This document shows, piece after piece, positions 56,223 through 64,000 of a DNA stretch of 64,000 nucleotides. The stretch lies in NCBI GenBank assembly GCA_038319955.1, contig JBBQDT010000004.1, forward strand, positions 545 through 64,544. The letters run 5' to 3'. Position 1 is the stretch's first letter; every line of letters begins with the position of its first letter. Both the position numbers and the translations under genes were made by a program. Under the pieces are notes generated by a model. The model was not told the DNA's origin. It did not search any database and worked only from the letters and a program-made list of their open reading frames with translations. Source of the DNA: Gemmatimonadales bacterium (lineage in GTDB: Bacteria > Gemmatimonadota > Gemmatimonadetes > Gemmatimonadales > Gemmatimonadaceae).

Positions 56223-57461
56223 ATGCGGAAGATCAACACCCGAAACTTTCGATTGGCCACTCGCTCCACTCCGCGCGACGTGAATCGTCGGATCGTGCTC
56301 AATCTCATCCGGGAATATCAGCCGATCTCACGCGCCGAGCTCGCACGCCGCATGAGCGTGCGCCGCGGTACGCTCACCCCGCTCGTTCGGGAGCTCGTCG
56401 ACAGCGGCGTCGTCTTCGAGAAGGGCACCGCCGCCACGGCGCGCGGTCGGCGCCCGACCATGCTCTGTGTGCGCACGCGTGGCCGATTGGTCGTCGCTGT
56501 GGACGTTCGTTCTGGCCGTTCCTCGATTGCCCTCAGCGACGTCGGCGGCCGCATGCTCGCGCGCGAGACCTTCGACACGCCTGCATCGCCCGACCAGCTC
56601 GCCGAGCTGCTCGCCAACGAGGTGACGCGCCTGTTGCGGTTGCACGCGCCGAATGGCGCCGAAGGATGCCAGGGCATCGGTATCGTGCTCCCGGGCATGG
56701 TGGATCGAAAAACCGGAAAGCTCATCTACGCGCCGCGACTCGGATGGCGTGACGTCGACCTTCGTGCCGCCGTCACGGCACGGCTCGGCATGAAGGTCTA
56801 CGTCGAGAGCGCACCCATCGCGTGCGCCATGGCACGACTGTGGCTCGAACCGGAAGCGACAAGGTCGGTCAACAGCTTCGCGTATGTCAGCGTGTCGGAA
56901 GGCATCGGCGTCGGCCTCGTTGTCAATGGCGAGATGCTGCGCGGCGAGACGCACACGGCCGGCGAGTTCGGCCACGTCTCCCTCGATACCACAGGCCCGC
57001 TCTGCGTCTGCGGACGGCGTGGCTGCTGGGAAGCGCTCGCGTGCAATGCCGCCACGGTCGATCGATACGTCGACACCCTCACCGGAACGCGCACCAGGAC
57101 GGACGCCGCGAGCCGGGTCCGCAAGGCGACCTTTCCCGGCATCGAAGAGGTCGTGCGCCGCGCGCGCGGTGGCGAGGCCGCTGCCGTGCAAGCACTCGTG
57201 GAGACCGCCGCGCACATCGGTCGCGGGCTCGCGCTCATCGTGAGCGCGTTCAATCCCGGCCGCATCTACGTCGGCGGGGAAATCACGGAAGCGTGGGAGT
57301 TCCTCGAGGCACCGATTCGGGAGGCGCTCATCGCCGGCACGATTCCCGGCAGCGCGGGGAGGACCCTGGTCGTGCCCGACAGCAGCCTGGCGGAGTATCG
57401 CCTGCTTGGCGCGGTCGCGCTGGTGACCGCGCCGAGCTACGCCGCGCTGGCCGTGGGGTGA
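56223..57461 (+). CDS. ROK family transcriptional regulator (NagC/XylR-like)
   Basis: N-terminal wHTH (RRIVLNLIREYQPISRAELARRM), ROK sugar-kinase-like body and Zn motif GHVSLDTTGPLCVCGRRGCWE. GGGAGAGA SD. Confidence 0.85.
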   Translation: MRKINTRNFRLATRSTPRDVNRRIVLNLIREYQPISRAELARRMSVRRGTLTPLVRELVDSGVVFEKGTAATARGRRPTMLCVRTRGRLVVAVDVRSGRSSIALSDVGGRMLARETFDTPASPDQLAELLANEVTRLLRLHAPNGAEGCQGIGIVLPGMVDRKTGKLIYAPRLGWRDVDLRAAVTARLGMKVYVESAPIACAMARLWLEPEATRSVNSFAYVSVSEGIGVGLVVNGEMLRGETHTAGEFGHVSLDTTGPLCVCGRRGCWEALACNAATVDRYVDTLTGTRTRTDAASRVRKATFPGIEEVVRRARGGEAAAVQALVETAAHIGRGLALIVSAFNPGRIYVGGEITEAWEFLEAPIREALIAGTIPGSAGRTLVVPDSSLAEYRLLGAVALVTAPSYAALAVG

Positions 57462-57509
57462 CACGCGCGCGCTGCGGAGCAGCGCTCGCACTCCACGCTT
57501 ACAACCGTG

Positions 57510-58193
57510 CTAGCCTTGCTGCTCCCTGTAGTACAGCGCGAGCAGGAGCAGCAGTGCGCTATCGTACCGGGAGTCGCGGGGGACGTCGATCCGCGCATTC
57601 GGCAACACCGACGACGCACGGCGCAACACCAACACGAGGTCCTCCACGGACACATCGTTCGCGTGCGCCTCGGCGCACACGACGGCAAGCGCGTCGTCCA
57701 ACTGCTTCGTGTCCGCCGCGTCGTTCGCCAATGCGACGGTCAGCGCGTCGACCGCGCTGCGTGAAAACGTCGAAATCGGCGCGCTCCCCACGGCCTGGGC
57801 CGCCGAGCGGCGACGCGTGGGGCGACCCATCGAAACGCGCACGGATTGCAGCGCCCCGCTGTCGCGGCGGCGTTTCCGCTCGGCGATGATCCGCGCCTTG
57901 GACAGGCGCGCGTCGTAGCGGGTTCTTGCCTCCTCAGTTCGCTGGGATTCGCGATAGCGTTCGAGCAGGTACACCTCGTCGTCATAGCGGCACAACGTCC
58001 TGTAGAGCGCAGCGAGACGGCCGCAGAGCCAACCAGGGATCTCCAGCCGAAGCTCGAGGCTGGCCATCAGGGCGTCCTCGAGGAGTTGGACCGCCGCCTC
58101 TGCATCGCCACCACGCCGGCGTGTCTCGGCCTGGCGCACCTGGTCCGCCTCCGGGCCAGTGACAGATGATGGCAAGGGTTTGTATCCCGGCAT
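57510..58193 (-). CDS. Hypothetical protein
   Basis: 227-aa ORF with GC3-rich codons. Helical N-terminus, Arg-rich linker, no recognisable family. Confidence 0.5.
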   Translation of the reverse strand: MPGYKPLPSSVTGPEADQVRQAETRRRGGDAEAAVQLLEDALMASLELRLEIPGWLCGRLAALYRTLCRYDDEVYLLERYRESQRTEEARTRYDARLSKARIIAERKRRRDSGALQSVRVSMGRPTRRRSAAQAVGSAPISTFSRSAVDALTVALANDAADTKQLDDALAVVCAEAHANDVSVEDLVLVLRRASSVLPNARIDVPRDSRYDSALLLLLALYYREQQG

Positions 58194-58411
58194 CGAACTC
58201 TGCGTTATGAGGTTTCAACGCTCCAAACGTTCGGCGCACGCGCCGTCGTTCCACGCTCTTGCACACGTCACATAGCAAGTAGCGTACACAAGGGAACGCA
58301 ACCCATTTGAGGCCAGCGAGTTAGTCTAGAAACGTCTGTACGGAATCGTACGAATATTCGAATTGTTTCCCGTCGTAGTCCGGGCGCGGAGGATCCTGCG
58401 CGCTCATCGCT

Positions 58412-58782
58412 TTGGCGCGGCCGTGCGGTGAGCTCGTGCGCATTCGGGGCCTGCAGTTCGAGGTCATCGGTGTGCTGACTCCGAAGGGACAGGTATCAGG
58501 CTTTGGTGATCCAGACGACCAGGTGCTCATACCCTTCGAGACAGGTCGCTCGCGGGTGTTCGGCACGGATCGGCTCAACGACATCAACCTGCTCGCGATG
58601 CTGGTGTCCGTCGCGGAACGCACCCGTGAGATCGGCATCCGCAAGGCGCTCGGGCGCAACGCTCGATCTTCACCGCGTTTGCCTTCTTTGCCTTCTCCGT
58701 CGTCGTGGGCCTGGTGTTCGGCGTGTGGCCGGCGCGCCGCGCCGCGGGACTCGATCCGATCACTGCCCTGCGGTACGAATAG
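58412..58782 (+). pseudogene. Remnant of a MacB/FtsX-type ABC permease (internal deletions plus frame change)
   Basis: GELVRIRGLQFEVIGVL...DDQVLIPFETG (periplasmic domain end) runs directly into [23 protein letters not shown] (TM2 region). A different frame then gives [38 protein letters not shown] (TM4 and C-terminus, stop 58780-58782). Most of a normal ~400-aa permease is missing. Confidence 0.7.
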
Positions 58783-58877
58783 CCGGTTTCCGGGAACACG
58801 ACCACGCTGGCTGCGTTCATCGCGTGTCGACGGCGCGCTTGGCGCCGGTCGCTGATCGCCCAACCGCTCTGCACCGC

Positions 58878-59358
58878 ATGACGAATACCCTACCGGCCTT
58901 TGGAGAAGCTGCTCCGGACTTCTCGCTGTCGTCCACGTCCGGAAGCGAGATGTCGCTTTCGTCACTCAAGGGCAAGAACGTCCTTCTCGCCTTCTTCCCC
59001 CTCGCGTTCACCAGCCACCTGCACGACGGAGCTGTGCGACATGCGCGACGACTGGGATCAGTTCGCGACCGATGACCTCGTCGTCGTGCCCATCAGCGTT
59101 GACTCGACGCCGACACTGATGGAGTTCAAGTCGAAGTACGCCTTCCGGTCGGATTTCCTCTCCGACTTCAAGCGAGACGTGGCACGGCTCTACGGCGTAC
59201 TGATCGAAGACCGCTTCTATTCGAATCGTGCGTACTTCCTCATCGACAAGTCCGGCGTGTTGCGCTGGGTCCATGTCGAGGACAATCCGAGCCAGAAGCG
59301 CACGAACGCAGAGTTGCTCGAGCAGATCAACGCGCTTCGTTCTTCGCAAGCCGCGTAG
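58878..59358 (+). pseudogene. AhpE/Bcp-like peroxiredoxin with a +1 frameshift just before the peroxidatic Cys
   Basis: The frame from ATG 58878 gives MTNTLPAFGEAAPDFSLSS...KNVLLAFFPLAFTSH. The family continues one frame over as CTTELCDMRDDW...VVVPISVDS...YFLIDKSGVLRW to the stop at 59358. An extra C near 59019 (cac-c-tgc) separates them. Confidence 0.7.
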
Positions 59359-59587
59359 GAGCGAAGGGAGGTCGCTCGCTTAACTCGCCGTTGGAGCTAG
59401 AGAGGGTTCTCGGACAGGATGACTTGTGGGCGCGCTGACTTTCGTCAGTCATCTTGTCTATTCGGACATTTCGTCCTAAGTTTGGGAACCTTCTTCAACC
59501 GAGCTCCTTCTGGCACGCACCCCGACGCGCAGCGAAGCGATCCGAGCAGCTGATGCTGCGGCGGACGCGGCCGATGCCCAGCGAGAA

Positions 59588-61102
59588 ATGGATCGGCCGC
59601 TCCTCCATGCCATCGCGCAGATCGCCGCGGCGTTGGCGACCGGCGATGCACCTGGCGAGGTGCTGCCGGGCGTTCTGGAGCGCGTGGCGGACACGGTCGG
59701 CGCGTCCAACATCTCGCTCTGGCTGGGTGGCGAGGGCGAGCTGCGCTGTGAAGCGAGGATAGGGTCCTCGGCACCGACGGCTGCCCAGGTCCGCGCGCTG
59801 CTCACCAGCCGCACGTCCTCGGCATCCGGCCTGATCGTCGTCCGACTCGACGCCGCACACAATTCCCTCGGTGCCCTGGTGCTGACGCCGACGGTCGTGC
59901 TCGCGCCGGACCAGCGCAGCTTCCTGGCGACCGTCGCGGATATTCTGGCGCCCGTACTCCGGCAGGCCGCCTACGCGCAGCGGCTGGAGACGGAAGTCCT
60001 CGAGCGCACCAAGCAGATCGACCGGGAGCGGCGGGTCACGGAGCGGATCATCGATTCGCTTCCGGTGGGCCTGTACGTCATCGATCGTGACTATCGCATC
60101 TCCGTCTGGAATCGCAAGCGCGAGACGGGGATGCAGGGCGTGTCGCGCGAAGAGGCGATCGGCCGCACGATCTTCGAGATCCTGCACCGCCAGCCTGCCA
60201 CGGTGCTCCGTCGCGAGTTTGACGAGGTCTTCGCCACCGGCCGCCTCCAGATCTTCCAGATGGAGTCGATGGCCAGCGGCGACCTGCGCACGTATCGCAT
60301 CTCGAAGATTCCCATGCGTCTCGACGACGGTCCGGTGACGCACGTCATCACCGTGGGAGAAGACGTCACGGAATGGCGGTCGGCGAACGATCGGTTTGCG
60401 CAGGCGGAGAAGCTGGCCGCCATCGGGACGCTCGCCGCGGGCATCATGCATGAGATCAACAATCCGCTGGCCACCATTGCGGCGTGCTCCGAGAGCCTCG
60501 AGCTGTCGCACGAGGATGCACCACTCGACATCCTCGAAGGGCTGCGGCTCATCCAGAGCGAAGTGCAGCGTTGCAAGGGCATCACCGATTCGTTGCTCGA
60601 CTTCAGTCGGCCGAAGGCGGGCGCGAAGGCGCTCGTCAACGTGAACGATGCCATCGAACGCACTCTGTACGTGCTGAAGCATCACACGCGCTTCAAGAAG
60701 CTTGGTGTGCAGGTAGACCTGGACCGCACCATCGGCAACGTGGTGCGCGCCAACTCCGAGCAGCTCATGCAGGTCTTCATGTCGCTCCTGATCAATGCGA
60801 TGGACGCCATGCATGATCGCGGTACCGTGACGCTTCGCACGCGGTGGGGCGACAACGCGCGATCCGTGATCGCCGAGATCACCGATCAGGGCGACGGCAT
60901 CCGTCGGGCCGACCTGCCAAAGATCTTCGAGCCGTTCTTCACGACCAAGCCGCCAGGCCGCGGCACTGGACTCGGCCTCTCGATTTGCTACGCCATCGTC
61001 GCCGAGCACGATGGCCGCATCGAAGTCGACAGTGCTCCAGGTGAAGGCAGCGTGTTTCGCATCATCCTTCCGCGAGCGGACGAGACTGAGGAGCGACAGT
61101 GA
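59588..61102 (+). CDS. Sensor histidine kinase (GAF-like, PAS, HisKA, HATPase; NtrB/AtoS type)
   Basis: H-box [13 protein letters not shown]-box [10 protein letters not shown]-boxes DQGDGI and GTGLGLS. Confidence 0.85.
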   Translation: MDRPLLHAIAQIAAALATGDAPGEVLPGVLERVADTVGASNISLWLGGEGELRCEARIGSSAPTAAQVRALLTSRTSSASGLIVVRLDAAHNSLGALVLTPTVVLAPDQRSFLATVADILAPVLRQAAYAQRLETEVLERTKQIDRERRVTERIIDSLPVGLYVIDRDYRISVWNRKRETGMQGVSREEAIGRTIFEILHRQPATVLRREFDEVFATGRLQIFQMESMASGDLRTYRISKIPMRLDDGPVTHVITVGEDVTEWRSANDRFAQAEKLAAIGTLAAGIMHEINNPLATIAACSESLELSHEDAPLDILEGLRLIQSEVQRCKGITDSLLDFSRPKAGAKALVNVNDAIERTLYVLKHHTRFKKLGVQVDLDRTIGNVVRANSEQLMQVFMSLLINAMDAMHDRGTVTLRTRWGDNARSVIAEITDQGDGIRRADLPKIFEPFFTTKPPGRGTGLGLSICYAIVAEHDGRIEVDSAPGEGSVFRIILPRADETEERQ

Positions 61103-62454
61103 GCGAGCAGAAGATCAAGGTGCTGGTGGCGGAGGACGAAGTGCACCTCGGACAGATCCTTTCGAATTTTCTCGGGGGGCGCGGCTATGCCGTGCACACC
61201 GTCACGGACGGTCGCGCGGCGCTCGAGGCGCTGCGCGCCGAGGCGTATGACGTGGCGCTGCTCGATATCGTGATGCCGGAGCTTGATGGCCTCGAGGTGC
61301 TCAAGCAGGTGCGCGCCGACGCCGATCCGCCGGAGGTCATCATCATCACCGGCAACGGCACCATAGAGACGGCCATCAGCGCGATGAAGCTCGGCGCCTA
61401 CGACTACATGGCGAAGCCGTATCGCATGGCGGAGATCGACGTCCTCGTGCGTCGGGCGTGGGAGAAGCGTCGCCTCGCGCGCGAGAACCAGCTGCTGCAA
61501 TCGCAGCTCGATCGCGCGGGCGGCGCCACGCAGATCGTGACGCAGTATGCTCCGCTGCAGGCGGTGCTCGAGGTGGTGGCGAAGGTGGCGCCGAGCGATA
61601 GCGCCGTCCTCATCGCGGGGGAGTCGGGCACGGGGAAGGAGCTCGTCGCGCACATGCTGCATCGCCTGAGCGAACGCGCCGGCCCGTTCGTGGACGTGAG
61701 CTGCGCATCGCTGAGCGAAGGCATGCTCGACAGCGAATTGTTCGGGCACGAGCGAGGCGCGTTCGCGGGTGCGGACGAACGCAAGCTCGGACTGATGGAA
61801 CTCGCGGCTGGCGGCACGCTGTTTCTCGACGAGATCAGCGAGCTCTCGCTCAAGCTGCAGAGCAAGCTGCTTCGCGCACTCGATCAGCGCAGCTTTTACC
61901 GCGTGGGTGGAACGCAGAAGGTGGAAGTGGACGTGCGCGTCCTCGCCGCCAGCAACCGCGACCTCACCGTCCGCGCCGGCGAGGGCCTCTTTCGCGACGA
62001 CCTGTTGTATCGCATCAACACGATCATGATCAAGTTGCCGCCGCTGCGCGAGCGAGCGGTGGACATTCCGCTCATCGCGCGGCAGTTCCTGCGGCAGTTC
62101 GGCAAGGCGAATCCCCCCACGCTCACGGTGGACGCGCTCGAGGTGCTGGGGCGGTATCCGTGGCCAGGCAACGTGCGAGAGCTGAAGAACGTGATCGAGC
62201 GGGCCGTGCTGCTGGCGCAGGGTCCGCAGATTCGCGCGAGCGACCTGCCGCTGCAGTTGCCGGGGCACGGGAACACGCCGGCGTCGTCGCCGGCAGTGTC
62301 GCTCGCGGAGCTCGAGCGCCGGCACATCGAGTCGGTGCTGCACAACACCAACTGGCATCAGGGCCGCGCCGCGTCCGCGCTCGGCATCAGCTCCAAGACG
62401 CTCTACCGAAAGATCCGCGAATACGGATTCCAACGGCCCGGCGGACTGGAGTAG
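61099..62454 (+). CDS. Sigma-54-dependent response regulator (NtrC/AtoC family)
   Basis: REC domain (VLVAEDE...[11 protein letters not shown]), AAA+ domain with GESGTGKE and GAFAGA (GAFTGA-like loop), and a C-terminal Fis-type HTH. A 4-nt overlap with the kinase. Confidence 0.9.
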   Translation: MSEQKIKVLVAEDEVHLGQILSNFLGGRGYAVHTVTDGRAALEALRAEAYDVALLDIVMPELDGLEVLKQVRADADPPEVIIITGNGTIETAISAMKLGAYDYMAKPYRMAEIDVLVRRAWEKRRLARENQLLQSQLDRAGGATQIVTQYAPLQAVLEVVAKVAPSDSAVLIAGESGTGKELVAHMLHRLSERAGPFVDVSCASLSEGMLDSELFGHERGAFAGADERKLGLMELAAGGTLFLDEISELSLKLQSKLLRALDQRSFYRVGGTQKVEVDVRVLAASNRDLTVRAGEGLFRDDLLYRINTIMIKLPPLRERAVDIPLIARQFLRQFGKANPPTLTVDALEVLGRYPWPGNVRELKNVIERAVLLAQGPQIRASDLPLQLPGHGNTPASSPAVSLAELERRHIESVLHNTNWHQGRAASALGISSKTLYRKIREYGFQRPGGLE

Positions 62455-62461
62455 GACAGCG

Positions 62462-63130
62462 ATGCGCATTCTCGTGATCGAGGACGACCCGACCGTCGGC
62501 CAGTATGTCAAGCGCGGGCTGGAGGAGCATCGCTGGGCGGTAGACCTCACTGCCGACGGCGAGGAGGGAGAACGCCGGGCGAGCTCGGAGGCGTACGATC
62601 TCATCGTGCTCGACATGCGCCTGCCCGGCAAGAGTGGCCTGGACGTGCTCCAGTCGCTGCGGGCGAAGGGCTTCGAGCGTCCGGTGCTGGTGCTCACGGC
62701 GCAGGATGCGGTCGATGCAAAGGTCTCGACGCTGCGAGCGGGTGCGGACGACTATGTCACCAAGCCGTTCGCGTTCGAGGAGCTGCTCGCGCGTGTCGAG
62801 GCGCTGGCGCGACGCCCGCGATCGCTCGCCTCGCAGACCATCACGGTGGGCGACTTCGTGATCGACCAGTCCACGCGCGAGGTGCGGCGCGCCGGGGAGC
62901 TGATCGAGCTGACGCCCAAGGAATACACGGTGCTCGAGTATCTTGCGCGCCACCAGGGCCGCGTGATGAGCCGCACGCTCATTACTGAATACGCATGGGG
63001 CTATCACTTCGATCCGGGCACCAATATCGTGGACGTCGTGATCAATCACCTGCGCAAGAAGATCGACGCGAAGCACGAGAGAAAGCTGATCACCACCGTG
63101 CGCGGCGTCGGTTACGTGCTGAAGGAGTAG
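62462..63130 (+). CDS. OmpR/PhoB family response regulator (CusR/CopR-like)
   Basis: MRILVIEDD...LIVLDMRLPGKSGLDV...ADDYVTKPF, plus a winged-helix C-terminus (LTPKEYTVLEYL...TVRGVGYVL). Confidence 0.9.
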   Translation: MRILVIEDDPTVGQYVKRGLEEHRWAVDLTADGEEGERRASSEAYDLIVLDMRLPGKSGLDVLQSLRAKGFERPVLVLTAQDAVDAKVSTLRAGADDYVTKPFAFEELLARVEALARRPRSLASQTITVGDFVIDQSTREVRRAGELIELTPKEYTVLEYLARHQGRVMSRTLITEYAWGYHFDPGTNIVDVVINHLRKKIDAKHERKLITTVRGVGYVLKE

Positions 63131-63139
63131 GGAGGGCTC

Positions 63140-64000
63140 ATGGCCACGCTGCGCGCGCGGCTCACGATCGCCTATGGCTTCGCGCTCGTCGGCAACGTGA
63201 TGCTCTTTGCCGGCGCGCTGTACTTTGCGCACAACGCGCGGGGCCTGCAGCTGCGCCAGCTGTCCCGCGTCGCCGTGAACCAGGGAGACCGTACGCTGTT
63301 CCTGATTCGCGCGGCAGCGCGCGAGGGGCGAACGCTGACCGAGCGGCGTCCCTGCGGGAACATCGGCGCCCTGCGGAGCGAGCCGTCCAAGAGTGACGTG
63401 GGTGGCCAGGCTGCGTCGGTGTCGTCGGCGGCGCGACGGCGCTGCGTCTTCGCCACGGCGGAGCTAGTGGACCTGCTCGACCGTGTGCCGGGCTACTACC
63501 TGGTGTACGACAAGGACGATCGGCAGATCTACAGCTCCGTGGGGATCCGGCAGCTGTCGGATGAGGATCGACTGGCGATCGACCGCGCCGCCGTGCACAC
63601 GGTGCCGGGCACGGAGGGCGCCGTGGTACCGGTGAGCGAGACGAATTTCGGGGGCGGCCTGCTGTTGGCGTCGCGACCCGATTCCGCGCTCAGGTTCATC
63701 ACGCGAGTGGTGGCGGGCGTTCCGACGACACTCGTCGAGCTCACACCGAGCGTGCTGATCGGCACCATGATCGTGGTGTTTCCCTTCCTCATCCTCGCGT
63801 CGATCGGAGTGTCGTACGCCATCGCGGGGCAGGCGCTCGAGCCGATCGAGCAGATCATCAACGAGGTGGAAGCGATCACCGACGGCCGATCGCTGCATCG
63901 GCGACTCCCGTCCGACCTCGGCAGCGAGGAGCTGTCGCGACTCGGCACCACGCTGAACGCGATGGTCGGGCGCCTGGAGACCTCATTCGGCGCGCTGCGC
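63140..64000 (+). CDS. Sensor histidine kinase, N-terminal part (two TM segments, periplasmic domain, HAMP); continues beyond the window
   Basis: ATG 63140 is preceded by GGAGGG. I translated the frame by hand and it stays open to position 64000. It ends in a HAMP-like ALEPIEQIINEVEAITDG...LSRLGTTLNAMVGRLE. It is not in the ORF track because there is no stop in the window. Confidence 0.8.
   Translation, partial: MATLRARLTIAYGFALVGNVMLFAGALYFAHNARGLQLRQLSRVAVNQGDRTLFLIRAAAREGRTLTERRPCGNIGALRSEPSKSDVGGQAASVSSAARRRCVFATAELVDLLDRVPGYYLVYDKDDRQIYSSVGIRQLSDEDRLAIDRAAVHTVPGTEGAVVPVSETNFGGGLLLASRPDSALRFITRVVAGVPTTLVELTPSVLIGTMIVVFPFLILASIGVSYAIAGQALEPIEQIINEVEAITDGRSLHRRLPSDLGSEELSRLGTTLNAMVGRLETSFGALR

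Noticed and set aside
56086-56283. 65-aa plus-strand ORF upstream of the ROK gene
   Set aside because: It begins inside the terminator hairpin, runs across the T-tract and overlaps the ROK start region out of frame. It shows no codon bias.
57469-57485. 7-bp hairpin GCGCTGC-GGA-GCAGCGC between the ROK gene and the convergent hypothetical gene
   Set aside because: The stem is short and has no U-tract on either strand, so it is not strong enough to call a terminator.
58321-58965. 214-aa minus-strand ORF
   Set aside because: It is mostly antisense to the MacB-type remnant and the peroxiredoxin 5' end, and has an Arg/Pro/Ser-rich composition. Only its last 28 codons, in the low-GC patch, are unexplained. 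Those are noted under the decay-zone finding.
59506-59522. Sigma-54 promoter (TGGCACG...) upstream of the HK / NtrC-like operon. A similar TGGCAC occurs at 29841.
   Set aside because: The -24 TGGCAC is present, but the -12 element is missing: CCGA or TGGA occurs instead of TTGC, with no GC at the GG-N10-GC spacing.

Overview
High-GC (roughly two-thirds G+C by eye) chromosomal segment whose gene content looks like a soil Gemmatimonadota- or Acidobacteriota-type bacterium. I see about 55 credible CDS and one tRNA. I see no rRNA, CRISPR, transposase, integrase, phage or recognisable defence genes. The main blocks are as follows. (1) The distal part of a phenylacetate catabolon, paaD then paaG-H-I-J-Y-Z. 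It is split by about 6.8 kb of unrelated DNA: a frameshifted GxxExxY gene, a 176-bp tandem repeat, a MATE exporter with an upstream mini-ORF, a GGCT-like gene, a secreted MBL hydrolase and a fused E1 alpha/beta dehydrogenase. (2) phhA, yceI and a lipoprotein that fuses a cytochrome-c-like domain to a PHM/DBH-like copper monooxygenase domain. (3) Transport and housekeeping genes: ABC exporters, an APC permease, TIGR00266, pdxH, speA, sod, dedA and an M15 peptidase. (4) A glycan-type locus with GH38, a heparinase II/III-like gene, a family-5 SBP and DppBC-like permeases but no ATPase genes. (5) trmJ-like, a class-III aminotransferase and two Amidohydro_2 genes. (6) A complete alternative complex III operon, actABCDEF, preceded by a perfect TGTGA-N6-TCACA box. 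(7) Zn-finger thioredoxin, tRNA-Ala(UGC), a hybrid histidine kinase, a ROK regulator, a small gene-decay zone (MacB-type permease remnant, frameshifted AhpE-like peroxiredoxin), then an HK plus sigma-54 activator pair and an OmpR-type RR plus HK pair that runs off the window. The most interesting unannotated signal is a 24-codon, Tyr-codon-rich mini-ORF. It has mutually exclusive hairpins and a perfect intrinsic terminator directly upstream of phenylalanine 4-hydroxylase, which makes it a candidate tyrosine-sensing leader-peptide attenuator. Other unexplained structure includes the 176-bp tandem palindromic repeat, a dispersed REP-like ~30-bp element at gene 3' ends, several short tandem oligomer arrays (two are canonical G-quadruplex motifs), and a promoter + SD + 38-codon uORF + GC hairpin in front of the MATE gene. 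All calls come from reading the sequence and translations by eye. No database search or folding program was run.
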